Assembly (NCBI GenBank): GCA_000002435.2
Contig: CM018792.1
Length of the DNA: 64,000 bases
Reading direction: 5' to 3' (one strand)
Origin: Giardia intestinalis
Taxonomy: Eukaryota
Below are positions 10,629-20,300 of this stretch, in pieces (position 1 is the stretch's first letter; each line of letters begins with the position of its first letter). The position numbers and the translations under genes were made by a program. The notes beneath the pieces are model-generated. The model was not told the DNA's origin, did not search any database, and saw only the letters and a list, made by a program, of their open reading frames with translations.

Positions 10629-12893
10629 TCACTCATAGAAATCCTTACCAAAATCAATGTTATTTTTATTGCTTGCGATAAGTTGTAATTGACCTCTATC
10701 CTCGTCCTGTTCTCTGGTGCTTTTATCAATAGTTTTCTTTGCAGCCCCGTAGCTGCGAGCCATAACCTTTCGTATTGTGGCCTTCTTGATTGGCTCCAGA
10801 GCTCTTTCCCGAGCGCGGGCTATCTTATCTGCATGAATCACTGCCAATTCCTCTTGACGCTTGCGGTGTCTCTCCTTGCGCCTTTCTTTCTCACGTGCTT
10901 TTTCAAATAAAATGTGGTACTTCTCTGGCAGCTTTCTAACGAGTGCGGAGGAATGCTGCAAAAGCCTTTCTATCTTACTCAGCATGTTCAGTGGTGTGAC
11001 AGAGAGCGCGTCGCTGTCTGACGTCTTTGTACAGTGGATGTATGCCTGTCTGATGGCGTCCTCAAGAAGGGACACCAGATGTGTATTGTGGTCAAGGGTC
11101 GCTTCTACATACGAAGCTTCACCCTCCACCTCCTCTGCATCTGTCCGCTGGGCCAGCGTTTGAAGGTTTCCAGTTTGCATTAATAATTGGCGCATCTCTT
11201 CCTCCCTTTCTCTATATTCATTAATACACCTATCTATGAAAGCCTCCTGGCTCGTCTCTACTGTCTGCAAATGCTCCAGCAAGAAGAAGTTGGTATTCTC
11301 AATCGATCTGAGCGACTCGACAAACTCGTTGGTGTCCAGAAAAGGTATCTTATTCTCCTCATTCACGAAAAGACCTACGTTTGTACTGTAGTAATCACTG
11401 AGGCCTGGCTCTGACACCGGGATGTGGGAGTACTCCTCTATGCTGATCTGCGTGGCGCGAACAAGATGACGCATCGTGAGACCAAGCTGCTTGAGGTTAT
11501 TTTTCATAAGCACTGATCCGTCTGTGGACACAGCACCAGCGCCTATCTGCGACTCTTGAATAACTGGCCCTGACTCCGCAAACACATTGGGTGCCATACG
11601 CATGATGTACTGCTTGTCCTCCTGTGAAGATATGGTCATGTAGTTGCAGTAGTTTGTGCAGGGCTCTGGGCACCGGCCACTGGGTATTGTATAAAATTCC
11701 AGAATTTCGCTCAGCTTCTTCAGTACAATGGTTCCAGGCATCTCCTCTAGGTTCTTACTCGGATCTATTCTGTCGTTTGTATTAATTGTACTGGCGAGCA
11801 CCTCCGTACTCTCTGTAAGGATCTTGTCATAGTAGGTCCTGCCACTCTGAGCTCCAGCATCATTCATAGTAATTAGATTGTACGGTGTTATGGCGCCAGT
11901 CTGCACAATTGTTGAGTTCAGCGGAAAGCAGAAGCACGTGAGGCAGAGTCCGTGACAGTGTCCATACTTCTCCAAACAGAAGGCTATGGCCATACGTTGA
12001 ACAGTATGTCGCTCTCGTCGCCCTACGAGTAGCTCTCTATCTTTAATGGAAATGAGTTGGTCCAAGAAAAGCCTATACCTATGTAGCTGACGAATGGACA
12101 GCTCGTGCTTGGTTATCTCTGACTTCAAAGCGAGTATTTGGCTACTGGTGTTACGAATCATTTCTTGTCTCTGTGTTCGGGCCTTAACAGCCTTCTCAGA
12201 CTCCGATATTGTCTTCACAGTCCCCAGATCGCTGTGGCGAATGAACTTATCGAACTTCGAGACCTCCACATCGAGCTTTTTCACTTCTGCCTTGAGATTG
12301 TCTTCCTTTGCACGAATTTGGTTATTGATGTTATCTATTTCGCTCTTTTTGGTTTGCAAAGACAGCTCCGCAAGGAAGATGTCTCTTTGCTTGCTCATGT
12401 ACTCGTCCAGCTTTGGCCGAGGGCCCGGGTCCCGGACCAAGTTCTCAAGAAATTCACGGTCCTTTTTCGTCAGATGTGCGTATTTCTCTGAATAGAGAGG
12501 GGAGTAAGCGTCCAAACGATTGAGGACTTCCTTCGGAATCTGGAGCTCTTCCTCTCGTGCCACACGCTGGTTACGGGTCTTTGCAATGGGTGGAAGAGAC
12601 GTTGTGCCCTTGCCTGTCTGTGCTTTTGATCCTCTACCGCTGATGTTGCTGGTTGCTGTGGATGAATGTCCTGAAGAGGAGGCTGATCCCTTGCTTCTAG
12701 ACTCTGTCAGGCCAAGATTCCTGTTCCTGGAGGCGTATTCGCTAGTTCGCATATGGATGGGAATTTTCTTCAGTAACGCGGCCTGCTCGGCTTTCTCACG
12801 TTGATCGTCCGCTCTTACTTTATAGATGTCAAAGTCGCTATTCAGTCGAAACGGATTGGTCTCCATTTTATCGTAGTACTCATCTTCGAGCAT
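10629..12893 (-). CDS. Coiled-coil protein, hypothetical, possibly associated with flagella or the cytoskeleton
   Basis: 754-aa ORF with a verified ATG. Alternating coiled-coil and globular segments. No catalytic motifs. Confidence 0.45.
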   Translation of the reverse strand: MLEDEYYDKMETNPFRLNSDFDIYKVRADDQREKAEQAALLKKIPIHMRTSEYASRNRNLGLTESRSKGSASSSGHSSTATSNISGRGSKAQTGKGTTSLPPIAKTRNQRVAREEELQIPKEVLNRLDAYSPLYSEKYAHLTKKDREFLENLVRDPGPRPKLDEYMSKQRDIFLAELSLQTKKSEIDNINNQIRAKEDNLKAEVKKLDVEVSKFDKFIRHSDLGTVKTISESEKAVKARTQRQEMIRNTSSQILALKSEITKHELSIRQLHRYRLFLDQLISIKDRELLVGRRERHTVQRMAIAFCLEKYGHCHGLCLTCFCFPLNSTIVQTGAITPYNLITMNDAGAQSGRTYYDKILTESTEVLASTINTNDRIDPSKNLEEMPGTIVLKKLSEILEFYTIPSGRCPEPCTNYCNYMTISSQEDKQYIMRMAPNVFAESGPVIQESQIGAGAVSTDGSVLMKNNLKQLGLTMRHLVRATQISIEEYSHIPVSEPGLSDYYSTNVGLFVNEENKIPFLDTNEFVESLRSIENTNFFLLEHLQTVETSQEAFIDRCINEYREREEEMRQLLMQTGNLQTLAQRTDAEEVEGEASYVEATLDHNTHLVSLLEDAIRQAYIHCTKTSDSDALSVTPLNMLSKIERLLQHSSALVRKLPEKYHILFEKAREKERRKERHRKRQEELAVIHADKIARARERALEPIKKATIRKVMARSYGAAKKTIDKSTREQDEDRGQLQLIASNKNNIDFGKDFYE

Positions 12894-13072
12894 GAGTCCA
12901 AATCTGATTTTTTGTCAACTAACTTGTTGTCATGAAAAGGTGAGTAGTTTATCTTTCTAGCGAGATAAATGCATCATTACGTCATCAACGGCTACAGAAC
13001 GCTGTTGCCCTGATTGACAAGGAAAATTTCTGGTAAATTCACTTTCTGCCGGGAAAAAATCGGCTGAATTTG

Positions 13073-15415
13073 ATGCTAGCGCGCACAAAACCGCGCCCGG
13101 GGACCAAAGCACGCTCTGCAAGTTGCACTGGACGGGATGAAAATCACCACAGTGGCCATAGGCGTCCAGCAAAGCAGCATCTAAGTCGATCAGCATCGAG
13201 TGATCGCGAGCCACGAAGAGTTAGAAAATCCGGAACGCCCCGGTCTCTCCATCCGTCTCCAGAACTTCTCACATCGGATAGTGCTAGCTACCAGGAGGTC
13301 AATTTGACTAAACGCTCTAGGCCGGCTAGATACAGCACCCCTCAGACGCTTAAATTTACCACCGATGCTACCTGGTCAACGCCAGTTGCTAGGCCTCAGC
13401 GACCAGTTCATATGTCAAAGAATAGCACCATGAGTTCCCTGATTTCTAATGCGATCACCGTCGTCTCTTCTCGTCGCCAACCAAAAGAAGCAAGAGACAA
13501 AAACCTAGATGATCCTCCTCTTGTGCTTTCAGAGTTAAACAACACAGCGTCCAGCACCCTCTCAGCTGAGGCAACGCAGTTTATCGTCGATCAATTAGTG
13601 AAGACAGATGCGAGTATCGCAGACCTCACCAGAAAGATAGATGGTTTGGCCCAGGCACAAGCTTACAATGGCCCAGATGTTTCGTCTTCCGATCTACGAA
13701 GAGCTCTGTCGGACAATGATGCTCTACGTGCCCAGATGAGCTCCATGACACAAGCATTTGTCCGCGATACAGCAGAAACTAGAAGAAAGATTGCCGCAAC
13801 GTGCAGTCTTAGCTCCACACTGCGATCAGCTCTAGAAAAAAGTGCCATCCATAGCATGGAACTAGAGACCAAACTAGCTGCCAAAGAAACACAACTACAG
13901 AGGCTCCAATGGATCAACAAGAACCTGGCAGCTAAGCTTGCTGCTGCTAATCCTCGTATTGGCACCACAAGACCAAGTAGTGCATATTCCTCAAAGAAGT
14001 TGAAAAGCACGCCCACTTATGAGACCCCCGAGAAGCGTAGACGTTGCTCGAGTGCACGACAAGAGTCGGGACGTGTGTATCAAGCTGCAGCACCAGCCAT
14101 CGTAATATCACAGAGCCTACTGGAGTCACTGGATGATGCGCCAGAGCAGAAAAGTCACTTGTTGGAGCATAGCGCGCATATGGATAGAAGATCTTCTGCG
14201 CACAATTATAATAGACCTTTAACCATCTCCTATGGTCTTCCAGAAGTACTTAGTGTAGAGTCTGTCAGACATTTCTCCCCACCCAGTACTCCTCAATTAC
14301 ATGCCAAGTCTCGGCCCATGCCAGAACTCGATGCCGTAGTATCTCATAATAAGACAGCATACACAGCAAGCTCTTTCCGGAAGTCCACGGCAGCATCTTC
14401 TTCGTCTAAGAGGACCTCAGCCCACAAGCCAAGGTCTCCTCAAAGTGCAAGGCAGAGCGCCCTAGAAACATATGCTCAGACAGCATTAGTTAACGAAGTA
14501 TCTCTATGGAAGGAGCGATGCACAGAAAAGGACTTGCTGGTCGAGTCCTTAGAACGCCAGACAAATGAATTAAAGGAGCGCTTGAAGGAGAAGGAGACTC
14601 AGTTGGTATCAGTGCAGCAGCAAACCATGAATGTCTTGGCAGAAAAGAAGCTTTTAGTTGACGAGCTAAGCCGAGCAAAGACAGAAGCGGGCACCCGTGA
14701 GGCTGTAGCAGTCTCAGTCGAAGGATTGCCCTCACGGCCACAGTACAGTGAGGAACGGCTAGAAGACAAAGTAGCATCTCTTGAAGCAGATCTCTCTTCA
14801 AAGGATATACTAATTGCAGACCTAATGGCTCAACTACAGAGCCTCAAGTCTAATAATGAGCAAGCGTCCTCCAGCGAGGCCATTGTGAGTCCTAGCCACG
14901 TGAGCATTCCCACTTCTAATGCTGAGATTCGGACTGGCAAATCCTCTCCTTCTCCACTAACCTCAACCAGCGTGATGCAATCTATCGATAACCATTCTCC
15001 TGCAGACAGTGCTGCTGAGCTAGAGACGCAGCTGTATAAGGTTTGCGCAAATTCACCTGTGATCACCCCCTCCCAGCCATCGAAGGCTCCCCAAACAAAG
15101 GCAGACAAAAAGGAGATCAAGCGCCTCTTGAAGCAGGAAAAGAAGCAGGAGAAGCTTATGAGGCGCGCTGCAAGTAACTCTAGCACCAGTGCTGGGTCTA
15201 AGAAAGGATCCCGCGCCAGCTCGCGCAGTAGAAGTGCATTTTCGCACTGTGGAGGCGGGAGTACCCTAAAGACCGAAATTCAAGAAGAGGTAGATTACAT
15301 TACTGATTCCTCTAGGAACGCAGGCATCATCGCAACTGCAGTGAGCTCGACGTCTGCTCCCATCAACGAGATTACAGAAGGAACATATACGAAGGTATCA
15401 CTTTTTGATGAATAA
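13073..15415 (+). CDS. Ser/Thr/Pro-rich low-complexity protein with coiled-coil segments, hypothetical
   Basis: The track start is a TTG at 13070 and the first ATG is at 13073. A long compositionally biased ORF with a C-terminal coiled coil. Confidence 0.45.
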   Translation: MLARTKPRPGTKARSASCTGRDENHHSGHRRPAKQHLSRSASSDREPRRVRKSGTPRSLHPSPELLTSDSASYQEVNLTKRSRPARYSTPQTLKFTTDATWSTPVARPQRPVHMSKNSTMSSLISNAITVVSSRRQPKEARDKNLDDPPLVLSELNNTASSTLSAEATQFIVDQLVKTDASIADLTRKIDGLAQAQAYNGPDVSSSDLRRALSDNDALRAQMSSMTQAFVRDTAETRRKIAATCSLSSTLRSALEKSAIHSMELETKLAAKETQLQRLQWINKNLAAKLAAANPRIGTTRPSSAYSSKKLKSTPTYETPEKRRRCSSARQESGRVYQAAAPAIVISQSLLESLDDAPEQKSHLLEHSAHMDRRSSAHNYNRPLTISYGLPEVLSVESVRHFSPPSTPQLHAKSRPMPELDAVVSHNKTAYTASSFRKSTAASSSSKRTSAHKPRSPQSARQSALETYAQTALVNEVSLWKERCTEKDLLVESLERQTNELKERLKEKETQLVSVQQQTMNVLAEKKLLVDELSRAKTEAGTREAVAVSVEGLPSRPQYSEERLEDKVASLEADLSSKDILIADLMAQLQSLKSNNEQASSSEAIVSPSHVSIPTSNAEIRTGKSSPSPLTSTSVMQSIDNHSPADSAAELETQLYKVCANSPVITPSQPSKAPQTKADKKEIKRLLKQEKKQEKLMRRAASNSSTSAGSKKGSRASSRSRSAFSHCGGGSTLKTEIQEEVDYITDSSRNAGIIATAVSSTSAPINEITEGTYTKVSLFDE

Positions 15416-15527
15416 GGCACGACCATTGGTATTTTCCTAGACAAAAGCCTTTTCAATGTGCCCCAGGGCTACAGTGCAGACAATTACACATTCATTTGTT
15501 TCAAATTTCAAAAAAGCGTGTTAACCA

Positions 15528-17345
15528 ATGAATTCAGACAACTTTGTATACGGGCTTTTATCCCCAAATACGTCTCAGAAGTATGCAAATATCGAAAATT
15601 ACGAAGGATTTAATCAGAACAGACAGACAGCTGCGCAGCGTGGAGCTGGAGGATTGGCAAACTATCCCTCTGGAAGCATTGGGGGGCAGAGGCCTGGTGT
15701 GCGGCAACACACACCCCGGAACACTGATGGCACGCCACGGGAGAAACCAACACGCATAAGCAAGCTCATAGACCTATTTTTTGCAGACTACTTCGTCGAC
15801 AGTTACGAGGACTCTGACATTGACGAGACACCTAAGTTGAAGAAGCAAGTAGAGGAGTATAAAGCCCGCGAAGCCAAATACATTCAAGAAATAGACACAC
15901 TAACGATTCACAATAATGATCTAGCAACACAGTTAGAGGAGTTTAACGATAACAACCATAGCACAGTTGTAACACTAGAGCAACGAATAGACAGTCTCAC
16001 TAGTGAAAACGTCAAGATACGGGAGGAGATGGACCTGTTGAAGGAGGAGTTGGTGGTACTCAAGAAGTCCTCTAAGTCCACCCGTTATGCCATAGAAGAC
16101 TATGAGCAGCAGCTAAAGCAGCAGCGGACGAAGAACAACTCTCTCATAGAGGACTTGGCGTCCGCGCAGGCAGAGGCGTCGATGCTGAATGGAAAAATAG
16201 CTGACCTGTCCGCTTCTCTCGCATATTCAGAGCAGCAGTGCGCTAATATGGCAAAAAAGTTGGCTCAGGAACGAGAAAATGCAGCGTCAGAACTGTGCGC
16301 AGCAAGAACAGACAACGCCAAGCTCCGCATAGAGTATGAGCGGGTCCTTACAGAATTGCAAGAGACGCATGCTGCACATCGAGAGCGCATCAGGCTTTTG
16401 GAGGACGACCGAGGGAGATTGCAAAATGAGCTGCGAGAATCTAAAATTGATCTCCAGTCATCCATCAAGGAAGCAAATGACTTCAAACGGAAGAGCATTG
16501 CGCTCTCTATGCCCATTCCGACTAGAGAGATGACGATGGCTCTCACAAACAAGGACGAGGAGATACACAGGCTTAACCTGACGATCAGCTCCTTGGAAGA
16601 ACGCCATCGCACTACGATAAAGGAAGTTGAAGCTGCGCATGAGCTCCTGTCGGCTGATATGGTGGCAAAGGATAAGGCCTTGTTGAAAAGCAAGGCAGAG
16701 ATTGCAGGTCTATCGGAGCAGCTGGATGCCATGATAAAGCACAAGTTGGAATTGCAATCTAGAATCGGTTTTCTGGAGCGTGTTGTAAAGGACAAGGATG
16801 AAGCCATTGAATCTATCCAGGATAGAGCCGGTGCGGCACAGACCGCCGTGGCCCTCTCCAACGGCCAGCACAGCATAGATGTATCCGCGCTTCGTGCACA
16901 GATAAAGGAAAAGAATTGTGAGATTACTCGTCTTCAGGACGAAATGCGGAACGTGCTTCAGTCAAAGAATGCTGAGATCAATGCCCTCAAGCTAAATGTA
17001 ACCACGCTTACGGAGAGGGTGCGGGAGTACAGAGACCGATTGATGGAGTCTGGCAGCCCCAGTAGCTCAAAGGTTAACGACCTCAAGCTCCTTCAGGTAC
17101 TCGGAAAGGAGTCCTCCTCCACACACGATAGTACGGAGTCGGAGATTGGCGCGCTGGAGAAGGAGCTCTCCATCAAGAACATATTAATAAAGAAGAAGGA
17201 CGAGGACATAGATTTCTTCCGTTCACAGCTCGTGCTGAGAGAAGCAGAAATAGAGCGGCTACTCTCGTCGCAGACGAGCACTTGTAGCAAACAGCCTAGG
17301 ACCCCCTTGAAGGCCGTGCTGAAGAAAAGCAAGAGCAAGAGCTAA
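15528..17345 (+). CDS. Coiled-coil protein, hypothetical
   Basis: 605-aa ORF with a verified ATG. Nearly the whole length is heptad-type E/L/K/R-rich sequence. Confidence 0.5.
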   Translation: MNSDNFVYGLLSPNTSQKYANIENYEGFNQNRQTAAQRGAGGLANYPSGSIGGQRPGVRQHTPRNTDGTPREKPTRISKLIDLFFADYFVDSYEDSDIDETPKLKKQVEEYKAREAKYIQEIDTLTIHNNDLATQLEEFNDNNHSTVVTLEQRIDSLTSENVKIREEMDLLKEELVVLKKSSKSTRYAIEDYEQQLKQQRTKNNSLIEDLASAQAEASMLNGKIADLSASLAYSEQQCANMAKKLAQERENAASELCAARTDNAKLRIEYERVLTELQETHAAHRERIRLLEDDRGRLQNELRESKIDLQSSIKEANDFKRKSIALSMPIPTREMTMALTNKDEEIHRLNLTISSLEERHRTTIKEVEAAHELLSADMVAKDKALLKSKAEIAGLSEQLDAMIKHKLELQSRIGFLERVVKDKDEAIESIQDRAGAAQTAVALSNGQHSIDVSALRAQIKEKNCEITRLQDEMRNVLQSKNAEINALKLNVTTLTERVREYRDRLMESGSPSSSKVNDLKLLQVLGKESSSTHDSTESEIGALEKELSIKNILIKKKDEDIDFFRSQLVLREAEIERLLSSQTSTCSKQPRTPLKAVLKKSKSKS

Positions 17346-17363
17346 GTCATGCCGGCTCTGCGT

Positions 17364-20300
17364 CTACCTTTCGCAGTACAGGTTCAATGAAAGACCTATT
17401 GTGGTGACACACACAACAAGGCCAGTGATAGCGAGCGCAGAGTATGTTGGGCTAATCACAAAAGGAACGGGAACAAGAATGCCCGACGTTAGAATGAGCA
17501 GTATAGTGGAGTACAGGATCGTGACAATAAATACAGCAATCATGAACTTGCGTACGGTCTCGGCAAAATGAAACATTTGAAGCATGTCAGATAGATGGTT
17601 TGACATGAGTACTATATCGGCGCTATTCTTGAGAATTTGCTCCCCAGAACCAACAGCCACAGATACCCCACAAGCAGGTAAGCAACTGATATCATTGATC
17701 CCATCACAGACAAAGAGCACTTTCTGCTGCTTCTGTTCCCACCCGTCTGCTTTCCAGCCGTGAGACAACATAGTTACTTCCTTTTGTGTGGGCCATCGGT
17801 CGTGAAGAGCCAAAAAACGGATTGCATCCGGCTTCACATTAACTGGAAGATCATGTATGACACACTCTCTTGGAATTTCAACCTTGTCAGAGACTTTGAA
17901 GGCCGAGTGCTGGGTGTCTGCGGTGATCATGTACACGTTGTAGCCCCTCTTCTTCAGCCGTGAAATCGTAGCTTGAGAGTCTGGTCTAACGGTGTCTGAC
18001 ACAGTTATGGTAGAGATAAGTTCCCCCCTTATGTACAGTGCCGCATAGTCGTGGTTATCGAACATGCCCTCTAACTGTTCTGGACTTGTGGAGTTGATAA
18101 ATTCGTACTTAAATGTCTGAGGGTTAATTCGAACGTATTGCTGGCTCTGCTGATTCTCTGTTGGGATACTGCTGTTCTCGTTGTTGCAATTGGAAAGTGG
18201 TCCATCGGTATCTTTCTTTTCATGGTAGAAATTACCACAGTAAATTTCTTCTCCGCCCATAATTGCGCTGAATCCACCACGGTCTTGGTGCATCTCGAAG
18301 TCTTTTGCGTCCGGGAGAGAGAACTCCGAGAGGTTTGAAATGTTTCGAACTATGTGGTCCATTGGCCTTCCTTTGGCAAATAGAATTATGCACGTTAGCA
18401 AGCTATAAATAATTGAGTTTCCAGAGTGGTGAGCAAAGCTGGCGTAATACTTGAGGCATTTGATGGCGACGGAATAGATGAACTTGTCACGCATCTTCCC
18501 CAGAACAACATCTGTATTCATCGCAGCGCACAAATCATCCTTTGTATAAACTTTGGCCATGTAGTCTGCAATGTTTGGAAGAGTAGACATGGACATGCTG
18601 ACATGCAAAGGCATCGAGGTGGTTCGAGGAAAGGCCTGGCTCGGAATTTCGAAGCTCTTTAGGTTTGTGCTAGATATGCTCGGTGTCAGTCCTAATGGCG
18701 AGGACAAACGGTGAATGCTGTCTGACAGTGACGCCGATCCTTCAGAGTGGCATAGAGTGTCGACTGCATTGCTCTTGGAGATAACTTGGATGGACACCGG
18801 CTTACAAAGGCTGCTAAGGTTCTCATTACTCTCCACACTATCCTCCTCTCTCGGCATTACCAAATCAATAGAACCGAGATCGCCGACTGCCACGACAGCA
18901 TTCAAAGCATCAATCGTTTTCGCTGACATTCTGCGCTCTTGACCAGGTTGTGCAAACATAGAAAGAAGAGGCCCAGACGTATCTGTGCCACCAGGAAAAT
19001 TGGTCTCCGACTCCTCCGTTGTTAGAGGCATAGCCATCATTGCACACGTATTACCAGCAGCCTCTGCAGAAGCAATCACAAAGGAAGGAGAAGGGGAGCC
19101 GGCATTTCCATTACCATAAGACTCCTCCGAAATAGTAGCAAGGGTTTCCGGTTCCTTCAACTTTACTGGGCGTTTCACCATGTACCCACCGCACGTGTGC
19201 ACCAGTTGGCCTGTTGCTTCAAAGAAGGCAAACATGGCATCGATGTTGAAGGGTATAAGGATGCTTTCTACGATAGGCTGCGCTAGCGTTAAAGTTCCGG
19301 ATTTAGAGAACACTACATGCTCAACGGATGCCAACTGCTCGCTGAGCAAGCAACTATTGCGCATCAGGAGCCCCATCTTTTGTGCTCTGGTTGACCCAGA
19401 CAACGACAGAATTGGAATTGCAATGGCCAGAGCCGAAGAACAACCGGCAATGAAGAATGCTAGCATAATGTTGAATGAAAAGATAGTTTTTACCAGATTG
19501 TCAGAGGATCTGCTCTTATTATCTTTTACAAAGAGTTCAAGAATATATTTGTGCACCCTATTACTGCTGAAGGCGGCAGCTAGCCATATCACGAGAAGAA
19601 GTACGCCGAGACCAAGAACCAGTGGCCCCATAATGTCCAAAATTCTATTTGAGATTCTATGTAGCTTCGGGAGGTGATCACTCGCCTTCTGAGAGCGCTG
19701 CAGAAGACTGAATATCCTCCCGATGATTGTGTCCTGGTTAATCATGACACAACAAACGTAGAGGTCACTATAGAGGACACGAGTACCGGCATAGATGACA
19801 TCTCCCATATTCTTGACGGCCGACATCATCCGCCGACCACTGATGTATCTTTCATCAACCTCCGTGGAACCGTAAACAACAACCCCATCACAAGGACAGC
19901 GATAACCTGCCTGGACCCTAACGATCATTCCCTTGGTGAGGCTGCGTGTCTGCGCATTAGCAAATTTGTACTGTGCGAAGGACTCATTATAATTGCCAGT
20001 CAAGTGCTCGACAATTTTATTAATCTGGTATTTTTTGATTAGCAGATTGTAAAGAGGGTTGCGTTTGTAGGAGATATTTGGAGAAATAATACTTGTGTCA
20101 GCGCTATGTGCTTGTCCCGTAAAAACACTGATGCTATCATCTACTCCAGACTTCCGTAGAGTAGGAGTACCCTTAGATTTCGCAGAGGCGGGGAGGTGTC
20201 CCCGTGGAGAAAGCGAACTTCTCGTCGTCGCCTTCAGAGAGGTGTCCTTATCAGATGAGTCCATTGCGACCTGGATGCTGTCGCTACTAGGCAAGGACAC

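Noticed and set aside
12957-13214. An 85-aa minus-strand ORF
   Set aside because: It overlaps the 5' end of the 13073..15415 gene. It is short and featureless.
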